The notes beneath the pieces were generated by a model. That model had not been told where the DNA came from. It saw only the letters and a list, made by a program, of their open reading frames with translations, and did not search any database. A program made the translations under genes and the position numbers. Shown here piece by piece: positions 31,841 to 40,634 of a DNA stretch of 64,000 nt. Location of the stretch: positions 1 to 64,000 of IMG/VR virus record IMGVR_UViG_3300045922_000167. The stretch is one strand, 5' to 3'. The first letter of the stretch is position 1. Each line of letters begins with the position of its first letter. Origin of the DNA: a virus.

Positions 31841-34237
31841 TTAATCTTCTAATTCTTCATTTTCGTTATCTTCTTCAATTTTTTCTTTTAATTTTTTCGT
31901 ATTCTTTTCTAATTTTTTGTTTACTTGTTTATTAATACTATCTTCTTCAGATTGCTTTTCTTTTATTTGTTTAATTGTCTCAGTATAATATTGTTGGCGT
32001 TCGTTAATTTCCGCAACTATTATTTTCGTTTTGTTATCCTCATTTGTTTTCCAAGTATTAAATTGTATTTCTTTTTCTTTCATTTCTTTTTCCCAATTAA
32101 GTTGTTCTTGCTGTATTTTAGCTTCCATTTCTTGTTGTTTTTGTAACATTTCTTCTTTTCTCTTGAAAATAGCATTCATCTTTTCTTTCATTCCTGTAAT
32201 GCTAGTTTCTTGTAAAACTTGTAATATATCAGCTAACGTTACTTGACCTGATTGAACCGACATAGCTATGTATTCGTCAAGTTTTCTTTGTATTTGAGCT
32301 AATCTACTATCATCATCTACATGTACTCCAAAGTCATAAAATGTCATATCACCAGGAAGTATACGTATCATTTTAACATTACCATCTCCTATCGCATATT
32401 GACTTTTATAACCGTACTCATCATAAACTTCTTTAGCTGTATTTAATAATCCAGTTATTACAGATTTTTTAGCTTGTTGATGATGAGCAAATAAGTACTG
32501 AGTAATATAATTAGATTGTTCTCTATTAGATACTGTAGCAGTAGCAGTTTGACCTGGATCATTAGCAGCACCTTGCCGTTCCTTATTAACTCCACATAAT
32601 CTTTCCCATTCTGATAATACATACTGCATTAAAGCTATGTAAACTTCAGCAGATTGACTTAAAGTTAAGTCTACTGTAGTCCATTGGTTGTACGTACTTG
32701 GCATACCAGATTCGCTTATTTGTGTAGTATCTACAAACAAAGCTCCATCTGTGTGAGCATGGTAAAGAATATCCGCAGGAGTCATTCCCTTAGATGTAGG
32801 TATTTGAGCTAAGTCAAGTACTACAAATTTACCTTTAGCTTGAGCTATTGTCATCTCAAGTCTGTACATAAGTATATTGTACAGTATTTGGTATACTTTT
32901 CCGTTATTTACGAAACTAGAAAGAAAGTTATTCTTATTACCTCGCCATATTCCTCTAAATCCTAACTCTACGTCATTAGGATTCATATACTTTCTATTTT
33001 GTACTTTTTTAGGACGTATGTATGGATATATACTAGGTCCAATACGAACTCCCTCCCATACTTCATTTAACCATCTTTTCTTCTTTTTATCTCCAGGTTT
33101 TTCTTCATATTTAGATATATGTTCAAAAGAAGGTACATCTTCTTTAACTTCTTTACCATCGTAATAATATTCACAACTTCCATCTTCACGTTCTACTTCA
33201 ACAACTAATCTTTGTGATACCCATTCTGTACAATGTACTAATACGCTTAATTCGTTATTTTCAATACGGAACATTCCGTTCCAAATTCCCATAAAATTTG
33301 TACTTGCTATTGATCCTCCAGCTGGATACGCATTATTTGGAGAAGTAGCAAAATTCGCTAATTCTTCAACAGCTTCATCATCTAAATCATCTCCATATGC
33401 TTCCAGTATATCAGACATTGTCATCCATCTATCTTCACATGCCATTAAAGCATCATGGATATATATACTATGTTGAGGTTTAGAACACCAGAAATTCGCT
33501 GGATTAATTACTCTTAGTACAATATTTTTATCATATACGTCTATTTTATATATTTCTCTAGACGTAATTAAATAATCTAAGAATCCTTCTGCTGCTTTAT
33601 ATCTAAATTCAGTCTTGTAGTACAAATCGTCTAATAAGTCAGTAGCTAATTTTTCTATAGAAAGTTTACCATTTCCTTTCATGTAGGCATTATATTCTTC
33701 TATAACACCTTCGTAATTATTTTGTATTTCAATTCCAAACTGTTGTTTAAGTTGTTCAACAGTATTTTTCATATATGCTGCTACTTGACCTTGAATTTCA
33801 ATATTCAATTTCTCATCAGCAACTTCAGGATTAACACCATACGCATAATACGAAAAAGGACGTAATTGTTCTTCACCTACTAGTACATCAACTACTGGTT
33901 TAATTATATTATAATTACGTAGTTTAGCTGGAAATTGAAATTTCTCTCCTAAAGGTTGCGTTACGTACTTATATTCATCTTGATCAAAATCTCCATTGTA
34001 CAATGAGTACATATATCTAGCAAATAACTTTTCATTTAGATTTAAGTTATTTGACCAAACAGTTGCACTATTTGCAAAACCTATAATAGCATTTACGCAA
34101 GCCTTTTCCCAATCTTCTACACTTCCATATTTATCTATCTTTTGCTTTGTTGTTAACGTCTGAATAGGAAATGATGTAATCGTATAACTACTGTCAGTGT
34201 TAAACGGATTACCAGATGTACCATATTTAGTAGCCAT
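31841..34237 (-). CDS. Portal protein
   Basis: 798 aa after TerL; FPAKLRNYNIIKPVVDVLVGE, WLNEVWEGVRIG and GVNKERQG motifs; coiled-coil C-terminus. Confidence 0.85.
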   Translation of the reverse strand: MATKYGTSGNPFNTDSSYTITSFPIQTLTTKQKIDKYGSVEDWEKACVNAIIGFANSATVWSNNLNLNEKLFARYMYSLYNGDFDQDEYKYVTQPLGEKFQFPAKLRNYNIIKPVVDVLVGEEQLRPFSYYAYGVNPEVADEKLNIEIQGQVAAYMKNTVEQLKQQFGIEIQNNYEGVIEEYNAYMKGNGKLSIEKLATDLLDDLYYKTEFRYKAAEGFLDYLITSREIYKIDVYDKNIVLRVINPANFWCSKPQHSIYIHDALMACEDRWMTMSDILEAYGDDLDDEAVEELANFATSPNNAYPAGGSIASTNFMGIWNGMFRIENNELSVLVHCTEWVSQRLVVEVEREDGSCEYYYDGKEVKEDVPSFEHISKYEEKPGDKKKKRWLNEVWEGVRIGPSIYPYIRPKKVQNRKYMNPNDVELGFRGIWRGNKNNFLSSFVNNGKVYQILYNILMYRLEMTIAQAKGKFVVLDLAQIPTSKGMTPADILYHAHTDGALFVDTTQISESGMPSTYNQWTTVDLTLSQSAEVYIALMQYVLSEWERLCGVNKERQGAANDPGQTATATVSNREQSNYITQYLFAHHQQAKKSVITGLLNTAKEVYDEYGYKSQYAIGDGNVKMIRILPGDMTFYDFGVHVDDDSRLAQIQRKLDEYIAMSVQSGQVTLADILQVLQETSITGMKEKMNAIFKRKEEMLQKQQEMEAKIQQEQLNWEKEMKEKEIQFNTWKTNEDNKTKIIVAEINERQQYYTETIKQIKEKQSEEDSINKQVNKKLEKNTKKLKEKIEEDNENEELED

Positions 34238-36518
34238 ACTTAGTCGTATTTTTAATAAATTCCAAATTTAATCTATTAACTAATTCTTGCCTTGTTTCTG
34301 CATCATTTTTTTCTAAAATTTCTGTAACGTAAGGTACTCTTTGCAGTACTCCGTTTACAAATTCAAACCTAGAAAATTCTCTTTGAGATGGAGCTATTTG
34401 TTGGTATTTCTTTATTTGCTCTAAATGCCATTTGTATAGTAGCGTAATACCAGCTGCCATTACAGCATCAAAGTTCTTTGCAGGATCTGGATCATATTTC
34501 GCTAATTCCGATAATAACTCCACAGAATAAATTTTATCACAATGATCTTCTACGTATGCTTGTAATGTAAGTAGTAACTTTTCCTTAATTGGTGTAGTCA
34601 TCGGAAGACCATAACGTTTAGATCTAATAGCTTTTGAATCAGGTACTATTGATTTAATCAATTGTACGGGTTGTACTATTAGTTTATGTAGCCAACCATG
34701 AAATTGAAATCTTTCGTACATATTATTACCTGAATCTTCATGTAATACTCTGGTATTATAGTAGTTTAATAACTTATAGACGTTGTAATAAAATTCATCT
34801 TGAGTAGGTGGTCTATCTATATATTCTGCTACGATTGCATTTGAAAACTTATCGTCATCAATTCCAGTAGAGTTTTTAAAAATAAACAAAGCACCTTTCG
34901 AATCAGACGTAGACTGATCATAGTTATACGGATCACATCCAGCTGAATACGTAGTTAGCTCTACATTCTTTACAGGATGTTCGTACACTTTGAACTTACC
35001 TGTACGACTAGGCACCCAGACGTATTGACCGTTTTCCTCTTTTATATCTCCACGCTGTTCCACTGAGTAATACTCCTTCAACGTCTTTAGCTTAGATAAC
35101 TGTTCGTTAATCAAAGCTAAGTTGAACATATTTCCTCTCGTAATTAAGAATGCGTCTTTAGGTACGATAGGACGATACTGAAGTTCCGAGTACAATACTT
35201 TCCTATCAGGTTGCTTAGCTTTCTTTTGTCTTGTTTTTACTAAGTAGTCTAAAGCATCCTTGTAGTTTGTTACTTGAATGATAGTATTCGTTAATAGTTT
35301 ATTTAACGCTTCAGTGACTATTAAACTCTTTGGGGTTAAGGCCCCAAGACTCATCCTACTATCATCATTCCTACTACTATCATTCGTACTACTAGTACTA
35401 CCATCATTCGTACTCCTATCATTCGTACTATTATCATTTGTAGTACTTAACTCATTTACGTCATTTTCGTTAGCTAACGATTCCAAATTTTGTGCTACGT
35501 TAGGAACGTAATTTTCATCCTTAGCGTCTTTGAACTTATACTTCGTTATACATAATGAATTTACGTTATTTGACCTCTTGTTCGTTAGGAACTCCTTTAA
35601 CGTTTTAGGACTTTTCTTCTGGTTTATACAATATTGTGCGGGAATGAACACACTAAATCTACCACGTTCTTCTACGTCATTCTCATCTACAAACCTACTA
35701 TCAAACGAAATCAAGTTATAATTGTCTGGATTGTAAAACATCGTACAAAAATCAGCTGTACCTTTCTCCATATCACCACCCGTACCTATGATAATCGGTA
35801 TACCTATCTGGGTATCGCCTGACATCCAACATTCCGTAGACGCATTGTAACATTCAATTAGATTTTTGTGCTTACCAGCTTCCTCAAATATGTGAATTCT
35901 AGGACGTGTACCGTTAGCTGCCATTACGTTATTAGCGTAATTTCGTATCCAGATGATAGATTGATTACCTCTGATGGATTCTACGCCACGTTCGTCCTTT
36001 ACTTTATATCCAGATACTACCTGTTTGTTCCAATCTTCCTTTATATACTGTTGTTTTAACTCAGGCGGTAAGTCAGATAAGCCTATACGTAACTTAGTTA
36101 CAAAATTCACTAAGTCATTTTCTTCTCCAGCTGATATTAAATTCTGCTGATTCGCAAAAAACGTAAAGATATGAGCTATTTTAGCTGTCATAGAGTACGT
36201 TTTACCTGCACCACGTCCAGTAACTAAGCACATTCCTTTACGTTCTCTAGCTGCTTTAGCTACACATTCAAAAATATACCAATCTAAATCACGTAAAGTA
36301 GGTAATCCTTTTGTCTTACCAGTCATTTTAGCGTTATCTACTTCCATCATCCAGAAGTTTGTGTAGAAAAATAAGTCTCCTGGGTAGTGGAAGCCATCTA
36401 TCGTAATACCGTTCCTACAGTAATCTATTACTTCCTTCCAAAAAGGAAGATATTCAATAGATTCCTTAGGAATCTTAGGCAATCCTTTATCCTTAAATTC
36501 TGTAAATGAATTAATCAT
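34227..36518 (-). CDS. terL: Terminase large subunit
   Basis: Walker A GRGAGKT, Walker B IFEEAG, GTGG motif, RNase H-like nuclease AGCDPY...FDAVMA; likely start MINSF at 36518; contains a low-complexity insertion. Confidence 0.9.
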   Translation of the reverse strand: MINSFTEFKDKGLPKIPKESIEYLPFWKEVIDYCRNGITIDGFHYPGDLFFYTNFWMMEVDNAKMTGKTKGLPTLRDLDWYIFECVAKAARERKGMCLVTGRGAGKTYSMTAKIAHIFTFFANQQNLISAGEENDLVNFVTKLRIGLSDLPPELKQQYIKEDWNKQVVSGYKVKDERGVESIRGNQSIIWIRNYANNVMAANGTRPRIHIFEEAGKHKNLIECYNASTECWMSGDTQIGIPIIIGTGGDMEKGTADFCTMFYNPDNYNLISFDSRFVDENDVEERGRFSVFIPAQYCINQKKSPKTLKEFLTNKRSNNVNSLCITKYKFKDAKDENYVPNVAQNLESLANENDVNELSTTNDNSTNDRSTNDGSTSSTNDSSRNDDSRMSLGALTPKSLIVTEALNKLLTNTIIQVTNYKDALDYLVKTRQKKAKQPDRKVLYSELQYRPIVPKDAFLITRGNMFNLALINEQLSKLKTLKEYYSVEQRGDIKEENGQYVWVPSRTGKFKVYEHPVKNVELTTYSAGCDPYNYDQSTSDSKGALFIFKNSTGIDDDKFSNAIVAEYIDRPPTQDEFYYNVYKLLNYYNTRVLHEDSGNNMYERFQFHGWLHKLIVQPVQLIKSIVPDSKAIRSKRYGLPMTTPIKEKLLLTLQAYVEDHCDKIYSVELLSELAKYDPDPAKNFDAVMAAGITLLYKWHLEQIKKYQQIAPSQREFSRFEFVNGVLQRVPYVTEILEKNDAETRQELVNRLNLEFIKNTTKYGY
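35360..35447. repeat. Degenerate 15-bp tandem repeat inside terL (unit ~ATCATTCGTACTACT)
   Basis: About 5 units; encodes STTNDNSTNDRSTNDGSTSSTNDSSRNDDS. Confidence 0.85.
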
Positions 36519-36640
36519 AGACGTGTTATTATTACTCAGTGGTGTATGAGAGAGGATTAAAAAAAGCAACAGCGTTCGGTTCGTTCCTTTCGTAGCTTTT
36601 TTTTCTTTTTTCCCCCCTCTAATCTACCACTGAGTACTAG

Positions 36641-37240
36641 TTACTCATTATTTTGCTTTTCTAACATTCCTAATATACCAGATTCTATTAACGATAATTC
36701 CGCATTACCTCTAGATTTACCTGTTTTCTTATTTTCTACTTCAGCTTTAAGTTTCTTACCTAATTCTATTACTTTATCTAACTTAGTCATTACGGTAACT
36801 ACTGCATCTATGTTTTCCATAGTACATACATTATTATCTAATACCATCTGAATTTCCTCTATTTTCCTAAAGTAGGAATCTACCATTCGTTGTTCAGGTG
36901 TTACAAGTAAAGGTTTAACTATTTCACAAAAAGATTTGTACGTAGGATTCGTCAAGTACTCTTCTAATTTCTGATTATTTTGAAATAGTATCTTCTTTAC
37001 TTCGTTACATCTACTTTCGTACGGGTATTTATAATACGGAGAATCTGGATCTTCAGTTAACGCAAAGTACTGAAGTAACTTATATCCAATTTCTTTTTGA
37101 TTCCAAGTAATTGGTTTAGTTATATTAACTTCGTTATCCTTTAATTCTTTAGGTAACGCCAATAACTTGTGAGTTATAGGTAGCAATCTAAGTTGATACG
37201 TTAACTCCGCTTCTTGTGTGTGATTAAATTCAAATATCAT
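36641..37240 (-). CDS. Hypothetical protein, candidate terminase small subunit
   Basis: First gene of the left arm, upstream of terL, helical; likely start MIFEF at 37240. Confidence 0.45.
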   Translation of the reverse strand: MIFEFNHTQEAELTYQLRLLPITHKLLALPKELKDNEVNITKPITWNQKEIGYKLLQYFALTEDPDSPYYKYPYESRCNEVKKILFQNNQKLEEYLTNPTYKSFCEIVKPLLVTPEQRMVDSYFRKIEEIQMVLDNNVCTMENIDAVVTVMTKLDKVIELGKKLKAEVENKKTGKSRGNAELSLIESGILGMLEKQNNE

Positions 37241-37244
37241 ATTA

Positions 37245-37252
37245 CAAATATA
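37245..37252 (-). promoter_or_regulatory. Bacteroidota sigma70-type -7 box TATATTTG, 4 nt before ATG
   Basis: Matches TAnnTTTG at the head of the structural arm. Confidence 0.45.
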
Positions 37253-37269
37253 CATAAGTAAATGAATTT

Positions 37270-37500
37270 ATGTATACGTCTCCCCGTACAGTACCGTCTT
37301 TGTATTTACACCCCCGTACTTAAATACTATTATTTACGTCCCCGTAGGGGTAGTACAAAAATTTATTTCTACGTAGGATTACGTTAGCTTACGTTCCTAA
37401 CGTAGGATTTCGTAGGATTTCGTAAAAAATGTAATGTACGCAGAAAATGTAATGTACGCAGACGGAGGTTGACCCCTTAACAACCTCCCCCCCGAGCTTT
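37270..37500. repeat. Repeat-rich divergence region (candidate origin or genome terminus/packaging site)
   Basis: CCCGTA x3, CGTAGGATT x3, AAAATGTAATGTACGCAG x2 in tandem, hairpin GGAGGTTG/CAACCTCC (37464-37488); coding strand switches here. Confidence 0.7.
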
Positions 37501-37521
37501 AGCGGTAATTAAAATTAAGGT

Positions 37522-37818
37522 ATGAACCAAGAACCACAACCAAAAGTTGTGTTCAACGTGGAAACCTTGAATAAACTTCTCGCTGTAAGCGAGAGGTATA
37601 CTCAAGGCGTTCCCGTGAACGCAGAAGTGGTAATTCGTGGTAGCAGGGGGTTCAAGATGCTGTCTGCGGACGGCATTTTGGCGCTCCCAGCGCCCACAAT
37701 GCCACAGGAGATGTTGATCGCAGGGGAGACCCTACCCTGCGTATTTAAGGAAATTGGGGGCACGATTCGTGCCTCCCTTGATGTAGAGGCAGCACGGGCT
37801 GCTACATCAAGCAAGTAG
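37522..37818 (+). CDS. Early hypothetical protein (GC-rich)
   Basis: First gene of the right arm, followed by a terminator. Confidence 0.7.
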   Translation: MNQEPQPKVVFNVETLNKLLAVSERYTQGVPVNAEVVIRGSRGFKMLSADGILALPAPTMPQEMLIAGETLPCVFKEIGGTIRASLDVEAARAATSSK

Positions 37819-37831
37819 CCCGTGCATTGTC

Positions 37832-37865
37832 AACCCCCCGAGCTTCGGCAAGGGGGGTTTTTATT
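37832..37865 (+). terminator. Intrinsic terminator
   Basis: AACCCCCC...GGGGGGTT stem followed by TTTTATT. Confidence 0.75.
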
Positions 37866-38046
37866 GTTAACATCATAACATGTGTTCACCACATTCGTTA
37901 TGATGTTCGTTTTCGTAGCAATTAAAATACATATCATAACATGTATTTTAATTGGCCACCAAACACACGGGATGTGTGTCGTTACTCTTACGTAAAAGAG
38001 AGTTTATGCCAAGTTCACTTAAAACTGGCAATAAAATCTACCATTA

Positions 38047-38376
38047 ATGGCTAGATATTTATTAATCATCGCTGCCATGTTGCTGATAGTTGCATGCGAG
38101 TCGGAGCACGAACTCCGCTTGCGTGAGCTGTCGGCAGTAGCTGACAAGCTGTCAAGTCTCGACAGCGCTGAGTTTCAGACTGAGATTACAAATCTCAAGT
38201 CCGAAATGTGGCGCTACGAGGCAAAGGCGGAAAGGCTCGACTCTTTGTTCGAGCACACGCCTAATGACAGAGCCAGAGTCGAGCTTAGAGAAGAAGCTGA
38301 AAGGCTTCGTCTCGAAGCCAGCTATTCAAGGTATCTCCTTGATTTAGCTGAGACTCGCTGGGCTATTCGTCAGTAG
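38047..38376 (+). CDS. Early lipoprotein (coiled coil)
   Basis: MARYLLIIAAMLLIVA-C signal peptide with lipobox-like Cys. Confidence 0.65.
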   Translation: MARYLLIIAAMLLIVACESEHELRLRELSAVADKLSSLDSAEFQTEITNLKSEMWRYEAKAERLDSLFEHTPNDRARVELREEAERLRLEASYSRYLLDLAETRWAIRQ

Positions 38377-38550
38377 CGTAGCAGCGGAGTCCTAACTAAG
38401 CCTGAGGGATTCGGGTGAGGGTTAGGTGCAGTGAGCGACCACTGTATAAATCAGAGTCGCAACGGAGCAATGACTCCATCCAACAGCCCACCACACGTAA
38501 GTGTGGTGGTGCGATGTTGGTAGCTCTCAGTGGTAGATGAGAGAGCATAA
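38377..38550 (+). ncRNA. Putative structured RNA (hairpins + H-type pseudoknot)
   Basis: Consecutive stems with G.U pairs: CCTAAC/GTTAGG, pseudoknot 38427-38460, GGAG/CTCC, CCAACA...TGTTGG enclosing CACCACAC/GTGTGGTG, GCTCTC/GAGAGC. Confidence 0.45.
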
Positions 38551-38607
38551 AAAATTCGTCTCCCAGCGCTGGACTGATTTCCAGTAATTATTTTTAATTA
38601 AAAAAAA

Positions 38608-38802
38608 ATGAAATATATCTTCAAGTCAAACTTTGGGTGCGATGACACGCACCTAACATACGAGAAAGCCCTTGAATACTTAAAAGAATGCGGAATAGAA
38701 AAGCCGCAAATGGAATTAAAAAATTTGAGGCAAAGAAAAATAAGGTTTATAGCACTAAGCATAAGTGACTTTTTTGGTCACCTTCGCAATATAGACGATT
38801 AG
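38608..38802 (+). CDS. Early hypothetical protein
   Basis: A-rich leader TTAATTAAAAAAAAATG; hairpin overlapping the stop codon. Confidence 0.65.
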   Translation: MKYIFKSNFGCDDTHLTYEKALEYLKECGIEKPQMELKNLRQRKIRFIALSISDFFGHLRNIDD

Positions 38803-39028
38803 TAACCGTCTATGTTGCAGGGAGTATTTTAATAGTTTTCACTCTCTAAATCAAGAAAACTATTCAAGGTTGGTGAATGCCCCGCAAGGGGCTAACCTTG
38901 TAAATATCTCACCATCTTGACGTAACGTGCAAGCGTCAAGATTATAAAGCACAACCCTGTATCAGGTTTAGGGGTGTTTACTGGTACAGGGTTCATCAAA
39001 ACACCCATTATTTTAATTTTAAAAAAAA

Positions 39029-39307
39029 ATGGAAAAGACAATAAAACTTACTTCAGATGATTTGGTGGAGCTAATCCACCAAACCCAAATGGACCTGCAC
39101 AAACTCCATCTGGGAAAAGTCCTGAAATTGGAAATTATTCCGTTCAAACAGGCTTGCGAAGGCGAAAGGATAGCCTTCGAACCGTACAAAAGATACGGAA
39201 ATTCGCTTATTTTATTGACAGAAGTAAACCAAGAAGAGGTCCACCTCACAATAAAAAAGCGAACCAAACTAATTCGCTTGGTGTACGAGCGAATTATTAT
39301 AGACTAA
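39029..39307 (+). CDS. Early hypothetical protein
   Basis: A-rich leader; long hairpin after the stop. Confidence 0.7.
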   Translation: MEKTIKLTSDDLVELIHQTQMDLHKLHLGKVLKLEIIPFKQACEGERIAFEPYKRYGNSLILLTEVNQEEVHLTIKKRTKLIRLVYERIIID

Positions 39308-39387
39308 AATAAAATCAAGTACGTTAATCAGCTCTCGGTACTACCGCAGAATTGATTAACGTGCTTGACGTTTATTTAATTTAACAT

Positions 39388-39591
39388 ATGCAAACCTTTA
39401 GTATAGATTTAACCAAATTCTTGAAGGAATTTGGGATTATTGAAAAAAAAGAAATTGCTGAATTCGAGAATTTCAGCAATTTCTTTTTTAACTCTATGGC
39501 TGGGGATGGTTTTTCCATCTCAAGCCAAAATGAGTTGGAGTCCCAAGTCAAAGCCCTCGTGGCGGCTTGGGCTTATCTGAAGCAACAGTAA
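39388..39591 (+). CDS. Early hypothetical protein
   Basis: AT-rich leader; terminator-like hairpin at 39596-39637. Confidence 0.65.
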   Translation: MQTFSIDLTKFLKEFGIIEKKEIAEFENFSNFFFNSMAGDGFSISSQNELESQVKALVAAWAYLKQQ

Positions 39592-39643
39592 AAAACTACG
39601 CTAACAGTGACAGGGTTAGCGTAGTTATATTTTTTTTACAGCT

Positions 39644-39955
39644 ATGAAAAAACTGATAAACCTTACTGGACATGACGTAGTCATTAACGGTGAGATAATT
39701 GAACCTCGATTGAGATTAAGAGTAGAATTTGAAAAAACCTACGTTGACGGCTTATATGTCTTTCAAATTAAAGACAATACGCCTAAACAACGTGAGGGTG
39801 TGTTATACATAGTTAGCGAAAAATACGCTAGTGTATTTAGGAGAAAAGATATAGTATTTCCAGTCAACCAATTACGTGACATTAACAATAAAGTCATAGC
39901 GTGTGGGGGATTAGGATACTATAAAAGAATGAGACCAGAAAAAACATCTGGTTGA
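39644..39955 (+). CDS. NLTPH-family protein, paralogue 1 (possible Crn4-like ring nuclease)
   Basis: LINLTGH...GVLYIVS...RKDIVFP...RD...VIACGGL. Confidence 0.5.
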   Translation: MKKLINLTGHDVVINGEIIEPRLRLRVEFEKTYVDGLYVFQIKDNTPKQREGVLYIVSEKYASVFRRKDIVFPVNQLRDINNKVIACGGLGYYKRMRPEKTSG

Positions 39956-40116
39956 TTATGTTTGATAAATCTCTATCATGCAGAGATGATAAATGTATGA
40001 CGTGTCGGAACAACGAAAGAGTTCTATGTGTTATCTTAACCCCTCAACGTAGTGCACGGCGTTGGGGGATTTTTAATCCTCTCTGTGCAACCACTGAGTG
40101 TTAATATCTTATTTCT

Positions 40117-40629
40117 ATGTGTGTAAAGATAAATAACAGATTAAGTTCCTACGAAGCCTACGTTAGGAACGTAAGGAACTTACTAATAGCTATACTCATC
40201 CTGTGTTCTTGTCGCCCATGCGAAAGGAACGTCAGGAACGATGTTATTCCTGTTAGTACTCAGTGTGAGATAAGAGAGATTAAAAATTTTATAGAATTAA
40301 AACATATCCTACAACGTTATGATATACCTTGTCAGGATATGTTCGTGAAAATAGCTATGTACGAAAGTGCATGGTTAAGTAGTAGTTTACATGTTACGTA
40401 CAATAATTCATTCGGTTGGTGTTATACTGAACATGAAGATATTTGTGCTAACGTGTATGGTAGCGCTCATTTTGCTTCTTACGAAAAGCAATTTGAGTTC
40501 ATGGTTAAATGGGTTAACTTAAATCCTAAACGTCCCACCGAATCGTGTGAGGACTACTTTAGGAGAAGACATTACAATGTCGTTAACCCTAATTATTACA
40601 ACATTTTAAGTAAAATCATAATCAATTAA
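40117..40629 (+). CDS. Glucosaminidase/lysozyme-like (GH73-type) protein with hydrophobic/lipobox-like N-terminus
   Basis: IAMYESAWLSS...YNNSFG resembles GH73 LESGWG.S...NNLFG; C-terminal YNVVNPNY; LLIAILILCSC segment. Confidence 0.55.
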   Translation: MCVKINNRLSSYEAYVRNVRNLLIAILILCSCRPCERNVRNDVIPVSTQCEIREIKNFIELKHILQRYDIPCQDMFVKIAMYESAWLSSSLHVTYNNSFGWCYTEHEDICANVYGSAHFASYEKQFEFMVKWVNLNPKRPTESCEDYFRRRHYNVVNPNYYNILSKIIIN

Positions 40630-40634
40630 ATAAA

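Noticed and set aside
35300-35650. Intein or homing endonuclease in terL
   Set aside because: No Hint-domain termini and no LAGLIDADG or HNH motifs; the insertion is low complexity
17618-36059. Short plus-strand and alternate-frame ORFs within structural genes (e.g. 17618, 18105, 20024, 22166, 23142, 26804, 29625-30330, 30479, 31319, 31925, 32877, 35278-35868)
   Set aside because: Fully overlapped by well-supported minus-strand genes; no motifs
37270-37460. Repeats as a mini CRISPR array
   Set aside because: Units are 6-18 bp, adjacent or irregularly spaced, with no 25-40-bp repeat/unique-spacer pattern and no cas genes
38385-38460. Pistol or twister ribozyme
   Set aside because: Stem-loop plus TAAAT resembles pistol P1, but there is no room for P2/P3, and twister core motifs are absent; kept only as a generic pseudoknot
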